NCBI GenBank assembly: GCA_963666565.1
Contig: OY762911.1
Span: 704,001-768,000, forward strand
DNA from: Thermoanaerobaculia bacterium
Lineage (GTDB): Bacteria; Acidobacteriota; Thermoanaerobaculia; Multivoradales; Multivoraceae
Length of the DNA stretch: 64,000 bases
Direction: 5' to 3'
Made by a program: the position numbers and the translations under genes. Positions 1 through 10,408 of this stretch are shown one piece after another; the first letter of the stretch is position 1; each line of letters opens with the position of its first letter. The notes beneath the pieces are model-generated. The model was not told the origin of the DNA, made no database searches, and saw only the letters and a program-made list of their open reading frames with translations.

Positions 1-910
1 CGATGGAGGTCGTTCCGCTCAGGCCGCCCGACAGCGCCGCCTCGACCATGTCCGCACAGTCCTGGACGAGGTGCCCGGTCGTCAGGCCGAGATCGACCGT
101 CAGGGCAACGGCGTCGCCGCCACTCGCCGGTCGCACGACCGCTCCGCCGAGAGCCGCGCCCTGGCTGTCGCTCACCGCGATCGTCCAGTCGTCCGACTCT
201 CCGACGACGCAGCCCGCGTTCCGGCTCGTCGAGCCGCCCTCATGCAGTCCATGGCACCCCGCCGGCGGCGACACGGCCTTCGAGTGGGGAAAGATGTCGA
301 ACACCCGGTTTCCGTCGTCCGCGATCACCGTCGCGCCGCCAGAGCCGCGGCCGTCGGCATCGACCGCGAGCCCGTACTCATCCACCGAGAACGAGGGATG
401 GCCCGGGTCGGTCGGAAGCTGCACCGGCGCCCCGGCCAGCACGTCCGTCCGAATGAGCGGCGCCGCCGCGACCGCCACGTCGAGGTCCGTCCCCGTGCCG
501 ATCGGGCGGAAGACCCAGTACCAGCCGCCGTCTTTCACGTTGTGGATGAGCAGCGTCACCGGATCGTAGACGGTGTCGGAGGCGCAGTCGATGAGCCCCG
601 TCACCAGGCCGGTCGAAGGATCCGGAGTCGGTGATTCCGTCGTCGTGACGTTGCCGCAACTGTACGAGTACCTGACGGTCTCGTACCCGTCGCCGGACGC
701 GTTCGCCTTCGCGGTCGCGATGAAGCCGCCGCCCGCGCCGTTGCGGTTGGGCGACGGGTCGCTGAGTCCGCGCAGATCCGCGAACCAGGGTGCGGTATGA
801 AGCTCGTTCGCCGGTTCGACTTCGACCAACTGCCCGGTCGCCGACCCGGTCATGGTCATCAAGGCGAAGAGGGCAACGGCGCTGGCGGAAATCGATGGTC
901 GTCTGGGCAT
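1..910 (-). CDS. Secreted protein of the local 'DGGWYW' family (3' end runs off the window)
   Basis: Not in the ORF track; read manually from ATG at 910 after a GGAG RBS: MPRRPSISASAVALFALMTMTGSATGQ... with GGFIAT, YSCGNVTT and NVKDGGWYWV motifs shared with 26595-30013 and 60228-61406. Confidence 0.7.
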   Translation of the reverse strand, partial: MPRRPSISASAVALFALMTMTGSATGQLVEVEPANELHTAPWFADLRGLSDPSPNRNGAGGGFIATAKANASGDGYETVRYSYSCGNVTTTESPTPDPSTGLVTGLIDCASDTVYDPVTLLIHNVKDGGWYWVFRPIGTGTDLDVAVAAAPLIRTDVLAGAPVQLPTDPGHPSFSVDEYGLAVDADGRGSGGATVIADDGNRVFDIFPHSKAVSPPAGCHGLHEGGSTSRNAGCVVGESDDWTIAVSDSQGAALGGAVVRPASGGDAVALTVDLGLTTGHLVQDCADMVEAALSGGLSGTTSI

Positions 911-1032
911 GCGATGACTCCTAGGTCGTCCGTGGATGGAGAAGTCAGCGTAGCACCAGCCTCCGCCCGATGGAGCAGGGGCCGGTGAGGTACGCCGCGT
1001 GACGTGGCGCGAGGCTTCTGGCAACGCCTCGG

Positions 1033-2136
1033 CTAGAGCCGTCTTTCGATCCAGCAGCCGCCCAGAACCTGGGTGCCGCTATAGAAAACCGCCGCCTGGC
1101 CCGGCGCTACGCCGGCCTGGGGCTCCCGGAAGCGCACACGGCAGCGGCCTGCGCCATCTGCACCGCCGCCGCTCCCGATGCTCTCCACCATCGCGTCGAC
1201 TCCGGGATGGCGCGAGCGTATGCGGACCCGCACCTCCGTGCGACCGGCGTCGGGCGCCGGCGGCTCGCCCGCGATCCAGTGCAGGCCGCGTCCGACCAGG
1301 CCCGGGGCCAGCAGTTCGTCGCGGTCGCCGACGACCACGCGGTTCGCCTCCGGCTGCACGTCGAGCACGTAGAGCCGGCGGCCCGCCGCGACCCCCAGCC
1401 CGCGGCGCTGCCCGACCGTGTAGCGGTACGTCGGCGCGCCTTCGCCCAGCACCGCGCCGCCGGTCGTCGTCACCCGGGCGGACGCCCGCGGCAACTCCGG
1501 GCGTTCGCTCTCGACGAACTCCTGCACGCCCCGGTCGACGAAGCAGATCTCCATGCTCTCGCCCTTCCCGGCGACGGTCAGACCGGCCTCGCGTGCCAGT
1601 TCGCGCACCTCGAGCTTGGTCAGTTCGCCGAGCGGAAACACGGCCCGCGAGAGCTGTTCCTGGGTCAGTTCGAACAGGAAGTAGCTCTGGTCCTTCGACT
1701 CGTCGACGGCGGCATGCAGTTCGTACAGCCCGTCGCCGCCGACGCGGACGCGGGCATAGTGGCCGGTGGCGATGCGCCCGGCGCCCAGGCGGCGCGCCCG
1801 TTCCCGGAAGGCCTCGAACTTGATTTCCGTGTTGCAGGAGATGCACGGGCTCGGGGTGCGGCCGCCGACGTAGCTGTCGACGAACGGGTCGACCACGTGC
1901 CGGCGGAACTCGCCGTCCATGCGCAGCGTGTAGTGCGGCACGCCGATCTGCTCGGCGACCCGGCGGGCGTCGCCGAGGTCGAGCGAGCCGCAGCAGCGCC
2001 CGTGGCGGACCTCGTGCGAGCGGTCCCAGAGCAGCATGGACAGTCCGACGACCGGAACGCCCTGCCGCTCCAGGAGGAGGGCCGCGACCGAGGAGTCGAG
2101 GCCGCCGCTCATCGCGACCGCGGTGACGGGCGTCAT
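1033..2136 (-). CDS. mnmA: tRNA 2-thiouridine(34) synthase MnmA
   Basis: AMSGGLDSSVAA PP-loop, TPSPCISCN, IATGHYAR, KDQSYFL, YTVGQRRGLG, APGQAAVFY; start overlaps the upstream stop (ATGA). Confidence 0.95.
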   Translation of the reverse strand: MTPVTAVAMSGGLDSSVAALLLERQGVPVVGLSMLLWDRSHEVRHGRCCGSLDLGDARRVAEQIGVPHYTLRMDGEFRRHVVDPFVDSYVGGRTPSPCISCNTEIKFEAFRERARRLGAGRIATGHYARVRVGGDGLYELHAAVDESKDQSYFLFELTQEQLSRAVFPLGELTKLEVRELAREAGLTVAGKGESMEICFVDRGVQEFVESERPELPRASARVTTTGGAVLGEGAPTYRYTVGQRRGLGVAAGRRLYVLDVQPEANRVVVGDRDELLAPGLVGRGLHWIAGEPPAPDAGRTEVRVRIRSRHPGVDAMVESIGSGGGADGAGRCRVRFREPQAGVAPGQAAVFYSGTQVLGGCWIERRL

Positions 2137-3314
2137 CGCGCCGCCGCCCCTGCCGCCGTGGCGGCCGGCGCCGGGGAGAGCGCACGCAACGCCTCGACCT
2201 CTCGCGCCAGCACCGGCAGAAAGCGGTCGATTTCGGCCTCCTCGTTCGACGTTCCCAGGCTGATCCGGATGGACGCGATCGCCTCCTCGGGCGCCACGCC
2301 CATCGCCAGCAGGGTCCGGCTGGGTTCGACCACGCCCGAGGCGCACGCGGCCCCGGTCGAGACCGCGAAGCCGGCCAGGTCGAGGCGGACGACCAGTTCC
2401 TCGCCGATCAGCCCCGGGAACGCGACGTGGGTCGTGTGCGGCAGCCGCGGCGACGACGCGCAGTGCAGGCGGGCGCCGGGAATGCCGGCCAGGCCGGCCT
2501 CCAGGCCGTCGCGCAGTCGGCCCATGCGCTCGATGCGGCGGTCGAGTTCGCCTGAGGCCAGGGCGGCGCAGGCGCCAAAGCCGGCCAATGCCGCCACGTT
2601 CTCCGTGCCGGCGCGGCGCTGCCGCTCCTGGCCGCCGCCGAGAATCAGCGCTTCGAACCCGGCGCCCTCCCGGACCCATAGCGCCGCGGCCCCGACCGGG
2701 CCGTTGAACTTGTGGGCCGCCACGACCAGGTAGTCGGCGCCGAGCGAGTTCACGTCGATCGGGTGCTTGCCCGCCGCCTGCACCGCGTCGCAGAGCAGCG
2801 GCACGCCGCGCGCCCGGCAGGCCTCGGCCGCCTCCGCCACCGGCTGCAGCGTGCCGAGCTCGTTGTTCGCCAGCATCAGACAGGCGAGGCGCGTGCCGGG
2901 GCGCAGGGCGTCCGCCACCGCGGCGGCGTCGACCACGCCGTCCGCGCCCGGCCGGAGCCGGGTCACGTCGACGCCCGAGTCTTCGAGCCGGTCCGCCGTG
3001 CGCTGGATCGACGGGTGCTCCAGTTCGGAGATGACCAGATGACCGCCGGCGGCGGCGCCGAAGACGGACATGAGCACCGCGTTGTTCGCCTCCGTTCCCG
3101 AGGCCATGAAGGCGACCTCGGAGGGCCTGCCGCCAACCAGCTCCGCCACCTGTTCGCGGGCCTGCTCCACCGCCGCCCGCGCCGCTCGCCCGAACGAGTG
3201 GACCGACGACGGGTTGCCGTGCAGGCCGCCCAGCCACGGCAGCATGGCCTCGGCGACCCGCGGATCGAGCGGCGTCGTCGCGTTGTGGTCGAAGTAGACG
3301 GGCGCGTCGCGCAT
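2133..3314 (-). CDS. iscS: Cysteine desulfurase (IscS/NifS family)
   Basis: YFDHNATTP, GNPSSVH, SGTEANN, DAVQAAGK, AHKFNGP (PLP lysine), RAGTEN, STGAACAS; coupled to mnmA. Confidence 0.9.
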   Translation of the reverse strand: MRDAPVYFDHNATTPLDPRVAEAMLPWLGGLHGNPSSVHSFGRAARAAVEQAREQVAELVGGRPSEVAFMASGTEANNAVLMSVFGAAAGGHLVISELEHPSIQRTADRLEDSGVDVTRLRPGADGVVDAAAVADALRPGTRLACLMLANNELGTLQPVAEAAEACRARGVPLLCDAVQAAGKHPIDVNSLGADYLVVAAHKFNGPVGAAALWVREGAGFEALILGGGQERQRRAGTENVAALAGFGACAALASGELDRRIERMGRLRDGLEAGLAGIPGARLHCASSPRLPHTTHVAFPGLIGEELVVRLDLAGFAVSTGAACASGVVEPSRTLLAMGVAPEEAIASIRISLGTSNEEAEIDRFLPVLAREVEALRALSPAPAATAAGAAAR

Positions 3315-3339
3315 GGCGGGCCGATTCTACGTCCGGGTG

Positions 3340-3510
3340 CCGGTGCGCGGGTCTGCCGACCCGCACTGGGTGCGCGGGTCTTCCGACCCGCTCCCGCCGA
3401 AGGCGGCGGAAACATCGCCGCCGGCCTTTGGCCGGCGACCTTGTTGTCCGGGCTGCGCCGCTCCGCGGCTCCGCCCGGAGGAGCGGGTCGGAAGACCCGC
3501 GCACCCGGCG
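3340..3510. repeat. REPIN-like element (inverted REP pair around GC hairpins)
   Basis: GGGTGCGCGGGTCTTCCGACCCGC ... GCCGGCCTTTGGCCGGC ... GCGGGTCGGAAGACCCGCGCACCC. Confidence 0.85.
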
Positions 3511-3572
3511 CGTACCCAGCCCGGGGATACGCTAGACGATGCCGTCACCGCGCCCTGAACGAGGAACCGCCC

Positions 3573-6155
3573 TTGCCCCACACAGCCGCACGGAGAGCCT
3601 CCATCCTGGCCCTTGCCGCGGGCCTTCTGTTCGTCGTCGCGCCCGCGCTCGCTGCCGCGCAGGAAGAGCGCCGCGAAACCCGCAAGGAACGGCGCGAACG
3701 CCGCGCCGCGCTCGCCGCCGCCGAGGAGGCGCTGCCGCTCGAGTTCAAGCAGTTCCTCGCCGACGTCCACTTCCTCATCTCCGACGACGAGCGCGAGGCC
3801 TTCCTCGAAGTCACCCAGGACTACCAGCGCCGCGCCTGGATCGAGCGCTTCTGGCGTCTCCGGGATCCGTATCCCGACACCCCGCGCAACGAACTCCGGG
3901 TGCGCTGGGAGGAGCGGCTCCTGCTCGCCGAACAGGAGTTCGAGCGACCGCGCGGCGACCGCGCCCGGATGTTCATGCTGAACGGAGAACCCGACGGGAG
4001 AGTCGAGTTCCGATGCACGACGGTCACCTGGCCGATCGAGATCTGGTACTACGGCCGCGACAACCGGACCGGCCAGGAGTTCTACCTGCTCTTCGTCCGC
4101 CGTTACGGCCAACCCGTCTACGAACTCTGGCATCCCGCGGACGGGATCGGCCGCCTGCTGGACGTCGGCGTCGGCGAGCAGGCTCTGGTCGCCGAAGTCC
4201 AGGGCTGCAAGGACAGCGGCGCCTTCTTCGCGGCGCTCAACTGGCTGATGCGCAGCAGGGGCATGGAGTTCTCCATCCTGCTGGCGAAACTCCTGGAGCC
4301 GATCGAGGCGCCCTCCTCCGAATGGACGCTCACTTTCGAGGCCTACTCCACGGACCTGCCGGAGGGAGTCGAGCGACTCGATGCAACCCTCGAGCTCCGC
4401 TATCCGGCCCGCTACCAGGCGCGGACGGTGATGGAGGCGCTGATCGAGATCGACCCGGCCTCGGCCAGCCACAGCACCTTCGGCGACCGGTCGAGCTACG
4501 GCTTCTTCCTCACCGGCGAGGTTCTGCGTGGGGGCGAACTGTTCGAGAGCTTTCGCTACCGGTTCGACCTTCCGCTCGACGACGACGACGTGGCGGACGA
4601 AGAAGCCGGCGAACAGCCGATCCTGCTCTCCTTCGAGCGCCGGCTCAGGCCCGGCGCCTACGAGCTCGTGGTCAAGATCGAGGATCTGAACGGCGACCGC
4701 TACGCCCGACTCCAGCAGACCCTTGACGTCCCGGTCCTGGAGGCGCCCGCGGCCCGCCAGCTCGATCCCGTGGTGCAGAAGATCATCGACCGGGCCGAGG
4801 CGCTCCTGACCAGCGACGTGCCGACGATCCAACTGGTGGAACCGCTCGGCGAACTCCAGACCGGCTTCGTCCGCTTCGACACCCTGGCCACCGGCGACAT
4901 CGCCGAGGTGCGCTTCTGGCTAGACGGCGCCGAGATCGCCCGCAAGCGCCGGCCGCCGTTCTCCGTGGAACTGGACCTGGGATCGACGCCCCGCCTGCAG
5001 ATGCTGCGGGCCACCGCGCACGACGGCGAGGGCGTCGAGATCGCCTCGGACGAGCTGGAGCTGAATGCCGGACGGCATCGCTTCGCGCTCCGCTTCGTCA
5101 CTCCCCGCGAGGGCCAGAAGCACGTGGACGACGTCGAAGTGACGGTCGACGTCCAGGTCCCGGACGGCGGCTTCGTCGAGCGCCTCGAACTCCACCGCAA
5201 CGACGAGTTGGTCGCCACCCTCTACCAGGCGCCCTTCAGGCAGCGCGTCGAACTCCCCGGCGGAGAGCAGATCGTCTACCTGCGGGCCGCCGCGTTTCTC
5301 ACCGACGGCAACTCCACGGACGCCGTCGTCTACGTGAACGCCCCGGACTACCTGGAGATCCTCGACATCCAGTACGTCGAGCTCTACGCGAGCGCGATCG
5401 CCAGATCCGGCCGCCCCTACCGGGAACTCGAACGGGAACATGTGGTCATCCGCGAAGACGGAGTGCCCCAGGAGATCCTCCGCTTCGAACGGGTCACGGA
5501 ACTCCCGGTCCACCTGGAAGTGATGCTGGACGTTTCGGCTTCCATGGTCGATCGCCTGGACACCGCCCGCCAGGCCGCCCTCGGGCTGTTTGAGTCGGAG
5601 ATCGCGCCCCGGGACCGCGTCGCTCTCGTCACCTTCAACGACCATCCCTACCTCGCCTCCGACTTCACGAACGACATCGGCCAACTGGCCGGTTCCCTCG
5701 CCGGACTGAAGGCCGAGCGCGGCACCGCGCTCTACGACGCGATCGTCTTCGGCCTCTACTACCTGAACGGGATCAAGGGCCAGCGCGCCCTGCTGCTGCT
5801 CTCCGACGGCAGAGACGAAAGCAGCCGCTTCTCTTTCGAGCAGGCGCTCGAGTACGCCCAGCGTTCGGGCGTCGCGATCTACTCCATCGGGCTCGGCATC
5901 CGCGGCCGGCCCGCGGTCGGGGCGCGCCGAGCGCTGACCCGCCTGGCCGCCCAGACCGGCGGCGCCTCGTTCTTCATCGACGACGTGAACGAGCTGGCCG
6001 GCGTCTACTCGCGGATCCTGGGCGAACTCCGTTCGCGCTACCTGATCACCTACCAGTCGACGAACACGGGCGACAACCGCCGCTTCCGTGAGATCGAAGC
6101 CGACGCCACCGTGCCCGGCGTCTCGATCCGCACGTTGAAGGGGTACTACCCGTGA
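3573..6155 (+). CDS. Secreted GWxTD-domain / Ig-like / VWA-domain protein
   Basis: TTG start after GAGGA; signal peptide; FWRLRDPYPDTPRNE and GEPD GWxTD-type motifs; C-terminal VWA with LDVSASM MIDAS, GTALYDA, LLSDG. Confidence 0.8.
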   Translation: MPHTAARRASILALAAGLLFVVAPALAAAQEERRETRKERRERRAALAAAEEALPLEFKQFLADVHFLISDDEREAFLEVTQDYQRRAWIERFWRLRDPYPDTPRNELRVRWEERLLLAEQEFERPRGDRARMFMLNGEPDGRVEFRCTTVTWPIEIWYYGRDNRTGQEFYLLFVRRYGQPVYELWHPADGIGRLLDVGVGEQALVAEVQGCKDSGAFFAALNWLMRSRGMEFSILLAKLLEPIEAPSSEWTLTFEAYSTDLPEGVERLDATLELRYPARYQARTVMEALIEIDPASASHSTFGDRSSYGFFLTGEVLRGGELFESFRYRFDLPLDDDDVADEEAGEQPILLSFERRLRPGAYELVVKIEDLNGDRYARLQQTLDVPVLEAPAARQLDPVVQKIIDRAEALLTSDVPTIQLVEPLGELQTGFVRFDTLATGDIAEVRFWLDGAEIARKRRPPFSVELDLGSTPRLQMLRATAHDGEGVEIASDELELNAGRHRFALRFVTPREGQKHVDDVEVTVDVQVPDGGFVERLELHRNDELVATLYQAPFRQRVELPGGEQIVYLRAAAFLTDGNSTDAVVYVNAPDYLEILDIQYVELYASAIARSGRPYRELEREHVVIREDGVPQEILRFERVTELPVHLEVMLDVSASMVDRLDTARQAALGLFESEIAPRDRVALVTFNDHPYLASDFTNDIGQLAGSLAGLKAERGTALYDAIVFGLYYLNGIKGQRALLLLSDGRDESSRFSFEQALEYAQRSGVAIYSIGLGIRGRPAVGARRALTRLAAQTGGASFFIDDVNELAGVYSRILGELRSRYLITYQSTNTGDNRRFREIEADATVPGVSIRTLKGYYP

Positions 6156-8992
6156 GGGAGAGAAGGAACGCCTCCGACAGCAAGGTCGCCGGCTTCGCCG
6201 GCGACGATTCTCCCGCCGCCTTCGGCGGCAGGCGGGTCGGAAGACCCGCGCACCCAGAGCACCGCCGTACCCACGATGTCGCAACGCGCCGACGCCGTAG
6301 CTCTGGGTGCGCGGGTCGTCTGACCCGCTCGCGGGCGTTGCCGCGGAGCGGCAAACGCCCGAACAACACGGCCGCCGGCCGTAGGCCGGCGACCTTCGCC
6401 CTCTGCCTCTTCGCAGCCGCCGCCGGCGCCCAGGACGCCACCCTCGACCGCCGCCACGCCGATTTCCTCGCCGACGCCGACCCGATCCTCTCCGACACCG
6501 AGCGCCGCGTCTTCGGCGAACTCCGGCACGCCTACCAGCGCGACGCCTTCATCCAGCGCTTCTGGGCCGTCCGCGACCCCTACCCCGAGACGCCGCAGAA
6601 CGAGTTCCGCGAGCGCTTCGAGCGCGTCGTCGAGCTGGCCGAAGAGCGCTTCGGCGGCGCCCGCGACGCCCGCTTCGAGGCGCTGCTGCTGCACGGCGAG
6701 CCGCTCCGCACCTTCCGCACCACCTGCGAGCTGCTGCGCACCCTCGACGTCTGGCACTACCCGCACAGCCCCGCGGTGCGCGGCGAGTTCTACCTCGTCT
6801 TCTTCCGCCAGGGCGGCGGCTTCCGTCTGTGGAAGGCCTCCGACGGCTTCTCCTCGCTGCTCGCGTTCGCCACGGTCTCGACCGACCGCGACGCGCAACT
6901 CCGGGAGATCGCGCGCCGTTGCTCGCGCGGAGGCGACCTGCTCGGCGCGCTGGGCCTCGCGCTCGACTGGGAGGCGATGGGGGCCGAGGCGCCGGAACCC
7001 GGCCGGGCCGACGACGAGTGGGCGCTCGTGTTCCTCGACCGCAGCACCGAGACGCCCGCCGACGCGGAGGCGCTGCCGGCCGAGATCGTCATGCGCTATC
7101 CCGGCCGCCGCGGCGGCCGCACCGTGGTGCAGGCGATCGTCGGGATCGACCCGGCGCACCTGCCGGCGGCCGGCGGCGAGGCGAGGCGCTTCGTGCTCGA
7201 CGGCGAAGTGCTGCGCCGGGGCGAGCTGTTCGAGAGCTTCCGGTATCGCTTCGACCGGCCGGTGACGGTTGCGGGCGATGGCGTCAGCCGCGGCCGCGTC
7301 GGCGGTGCCAGCGCCAGCGGCGAGCGAGCCTCGATCCCGCTGGTCGCGCAGCGCTACCTGCGGCCCGGTCCCTACCGGCTGGTGGTCAAGGTGCGGGAGG
7401 TCGAGGCGGACCGGTTCTTCGGCGGCAGCGCCGAGATCGATGTGCCGCTGGTGGAGCGGCGGGGAGGTGAAGGCTCGCCGCCGCTGGTGGAGCGGCGGAG
7501 AAGTGAAGGCTCGCCGCTTCGCGGCATCGCGCTCGATGCGGGTCAGAAGACCCGCGCACCCAGTAGGCCCGGAACCGCCATCCCCGACTGGCTCGCCGAA
7601 GCGAACGCGGCGGGCCCGCTCCTCGCCGACTCGCCCGGCGACCACGGCGTGCGCATCCACGCCCTGCCCGAGCGCCTCATCACCGGCCGCGTCCGGGTCG
7701 GCGCCGACGCCCAAGGACCGGCTATCCACCACCTCGCCTTCTCGCTCGACGGGCGCGAACGCATCCGCAAGCGGCGGCCGCCCTACCAGGTCGAGATCGA
7801 CGTCGGCGCGGCGCCCCGGCCCCACTCCCTGCGGGTCGACGCCCGCGACGAGCGGGGCGCCGTGCTGGCGACGGACGAGGTGACGATCAACTCCGGGCCG
7901 CACCGCTTCGCCGTCCGCCTCACTTCTCCGCAGCGCGGCGCCGCCCACACCCGCAGCGTGCGCGCGGCGGCCGAGGTCGAAGCGCCCCGCCACGAGCGGC
8001 TCGACCGCGTCGAGTTCTTCCTGAACGACACGCGCACCGCCACGCTCTACCAGCCGCCGTTCGAGCAGCCCATCCGCATCGACCCGGCCGAACCGCTCTC
8101 CTACGTGCGCGCCGTCGCCTACCTGGAGACCGGCGCCTGGGCCGAGGACCTCGTCTTCGTGAACTCGCGCAACCTGGTCGAGCAGGTCGAGGTCGCCCTG
8201 GTCGAGCTCTACACCTCCGTCACCGACCGCTCGGGCGCGCCCGTCGTCGGCTTGGCCGAGTCCGACTTCGAGGTCTTCGTCGACGGGGAACGGCAGTTCC
8301 TGCAGCGGTTCGACAACGCCGCCAATCAGCCGATTCACGCCGGCATCCTGTTCGACACGTCGCTCTCGATGATCGACCGCCTCGACGCGGCGGAGGAAGC
8401 CGCGCTGCACTTCTTCGAGCTCGTCCTCGGGCCGCGCGACCGCGCCGCCCTGATCACCTTCAACGACCGGCCCGATCTGGCCGTCGGCTTCACCGGCTCG
8501 AAGGAGGCCCTGGCCGGCGGGCTCGCCGACCTGGAAGCCGAGGGCGAGACCGCGCTCTACGACAGCATCCTCTACGCCCTCTACTACTTCGGCGGCCTGC
8601 GCGGGAAGCGGGCGTTGATCCTGCTCACCGACGGCGGCGACTCCAGCAGCGAGTACCGCTTCGACGACGTGCTGGAGTTCGCCCGCCGGTCGCAGGTGGC
8701 GATCTACAGCATCGGCATCGACATCGACCAGCGCGAAGTCCTGTTCCGCGGCCGCCTGCAGCAGCTCTGCGCCGAGACCGGCGGCCGCTGCTTCTTCATC
8801 GGCGGCGCTTCCGAACTGACGCGGGTGTACGAGCGGATCGAGACGGAGGTCCGCTCCCAGTACGTACTCGTGTTCGAGTCGCCCGAAGGCGAGGCCGACG
8901 CCTTCCGCAAGGTCGAAGTGAAGCTGAAGGACCCCCGCGCCCGCGGCCGGCGCGGCGTCAAGATCCAGCACCTGCCGGGGTACTTCCAGTGA
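6152..8992 (+). CDS. Paralogous GWxTD / VWA protein with REP-derived inserts
   Basis: FWAVRDPYPETPQNE, FDTSLSM, GETALYD, LLTDGGD; GTG overlaps the upstream stop; REP sequence at about 6180-6390 and 7500-7565. Confidence 0.78.
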   Translation: MRERRNASDSKVAGFAGDDSPAAFGGRRVGRPAHPEHRRTHDVATRRRRSSGCAGRLTRSRALPRSGKRPNNTAAGRRPATFALCLFAAAAGAQDATLDRRHADFLADADPILSDTERRVFGELRHAYQRDAFIQRFWAVRDPYPETPQNEFRERFERVVELAEERFGGARDARFEALLLHGEPLRTFRTTCELLRTLDVWHYPHSPAVRGEFYLVFFRQGGGFRLWKASDGFSSLLAFATVSTDRDAQLREIARRCSRGGDLLGALGLALDWEAMGAEAPEPGRADDEWALVFLDRSTETPADAEALPAEIVMRYPGRRGGRTVVQAIVGIDPAHLPAAGGEARRFVLDGEVLRRGELFESFRYRFDRPVTVAGDGVSRGRVGGASASGERASIPLVAQRYLRPGPYRLVVKVREVEADRFFGGSAEIDVPLVERRGGEGSPPLVERRRSEGSPLRGIALDAGQKTRAPSRPGTAIPDWLAEANAAGPLLADSPGDHGVRIHALPERLITGRVRVGADAQGPAIHHLAFSLDGRERIRKRRPPYQVEIDVGAAPRPHSLRVDARDERGAVLATDEVTINSGPHRFAVRLTSPQRGAAHTRSVRAAAEVEAPRHERLDRVEFFLNDTRTATLYQPPFEQPIRIDPAEPLSYVRAVAYLETGAWAEDLVFVNSRNLVEQVEVALVELYTSVTDRSGAPVVGLAESDFEVFVDGERQFLQRFDNAANQPIHAGILFDTSLSMIDRLDAAEEAALHFFELVLGPRDRAALITFNDRPDLAVGFTGSKEALAGGLADLEAEGETALYDSILYALYYFGGLRGKRALILLTDGGDSSSEYRFDDVLEFARRSQVAIYSIGIDIDQREVLFRGRLQQLCAETGGRCFFIGGASELTRVYERIETEVRSQYVLVFESPEGEADAFRKVEVKLKDPRARGRRGVKIQHLPGYFQ

Positions 8993-9708
8993 GCGGCGAG
9001 CGGCGGACCGCTGGCGCCGCATCGGCGAACCCGCCGAGTGCCGGTGCGCCGGCCTTCCGGCCGGCAACCGGGGCGAGACAGCGAAGCGCCGAGCCCGAAG
9101 GCCGTCTCGTCCTTGCGTCCGCCTCCCCGCGACGGCGCGAACTCCTCAACTCCCTGGGCCTCGACTTCACCGTCCGCCCGGCGGCCGTCGACGAGACCCC
9201 CGATCCCGGCGAACGGCCCCGCGACCTCGTCCGCCGGCTGGCCCGGGAGAAAGCCGAAGCCGCCGCCCGCGACGGCGAGTGGGTGCTGGCCGCCGACACG
9301 ATCGTCGTAGCGGACGGCGCCATCCTCGGCAAGCCCGCCGACCGCGACGAGGCCCGGAAGATGCTCGAACGCCTCCAGGGCCGCTGGCACCTGGTGCTGA
9401 CCGGCACGGCGCTCCGGCCGCCGGCCGGCGACACGCTCCACGCGGTCGAAAGCACCCGCGTCCTGTTCGCCGAGATGACCCCCGGGCAGATCGACTGGTA
9501 CGCCGCCACCGGCGAACCCGACGACAAGGCCGGCGCCTACGCCGTCCAGGGCCTCGGCAGCCTGTTCGTCCTGGAGATCGACGGCAACTACAGCAACGTC
9601 GTCGGCCTGCCGCTGCCGACCGTGCGGCAGTTGTTCGAAGGCGCCGGCGGCGACGTGCGAGCGTTCCGCCGCTGGGTGCGCGGGTCTTCCGACTCGCACC
9701 GGGCGTAG
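8989..9708 (+). CDS. maf: Maf family nucleoside triphosphate pyrophosphatase
   Basis: LVLASASPRRRELL, LAADTIV, ILGKP, DKAGAYAVQG, GNYSNVVGLPL; C-terminus reads into a REP (WVRGSSDSH). Confidence 0.92.
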   Translation: MSGERRTAGAASANPPSAGAPAFRPATGARQRSAEPEGRLVLASASPRRRELLNSLGLDFTVRPAAVDETPDPGERPRDLVRRLAREKAEAAARDGEWVLAADTIVVADGAILGKPADRDEARKMLERLQGRWHLVLTGTALRPPAGDTLHAVESTRVLFAEMTPGQIDWYAATGEPDDKAGAYAVQGLGSLFVLEIDGNYSNVVGLPLPTVRQLFEGAGGDVRAFRRWVRGSSDSHRA

Positions 9709-9883
9709 CCGCGCAGCGGCGAAGCCCGAAGACTCCCGAAATGGACGATCCGAAGCCCCGCTCCGTATGAAGTCACAGAGAAGTCGATCCCTCCGGCCGG
9801 TTCCGTCGAAGACGCCGTTGCTACGATTCGACTACCGAGGAGAGGTCCACCCACACGAAACGAACGCCCCTACGGAAACCGGC

Positions 9884-10408
9884 ATGGCAGAGACAACCGA
9901 AGTCAGCGAGTCGCGGCGGAACGAGGCGTGGTTCGACTATCTCGAAGCGGTCCGACTGGAGCGCTACTACTACAAGCTCTACGACCGCTACCAACTCTTG
10001 AGGCAGGTCGTCCGGCTTCTCATCTTCCTGTCTGTCTCGGGCAACGTCGTCGGCGCCTTGCAAGGCGCGCCCGCCTGGATCATCTGGAGCGTGAGCACGA
10101 TCGCCGCGATCCTGCTCGCTGTCGACTTCCTCGGGGACCATTCCCGAAAGGCCGCCGGCGCCTTCGCCATCAGCCAGGCCTGCGCGGCGCTCTCCGACGA
10201 CTACAGCCGTCTGTGGCAGCGGATCGACGAACGGGAGATCGACGACCAGGAAGTCGTCTCCAGACTCGAAGAACTGGCCGAGAGCATCCGGAGGACGACA
10301 GGCCGAGCCGGCGACGTCGACCTGCGAACCAACGAGCGGCTGAACGAGCGGTCCACCGTGGAAGCCAACCAGCTCCTGGAGAGCCGCTATGTCGTCCAGG
10401 AGGCATAG
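9884..10408 (+). CDS. Two-TM membrane protein, SLATT-like
   Basis: Helical N-terminus, two hydrophobic helices (LLIFLSVSGNVVGAL; WIIWSVSTIAAILLAVDF), then a charged helical tail. Confidence 0.5.
   Translation: MAETTEVSESRRNEAWFDYLEAVRLERYYYKLYDRYQLLRQVVRLLIFLSVSGNVVGALQGAPAWIIWSVSTIAAILLAVDFLGDHSRKAAGAFAISQACAALSDDYSRLWQRIDEREIDDQEVVSRLEELAESIRRTTGRAGDVDLRTNERLNERSTVEANQLLESRYVVQEA

Noticed and set aside
1033-3504. 823-aa extended MnmA
   Set aside because: The N-terminal part is an alternative frame over the desulfurase gene; MnmA homology starts at ATG 2136.
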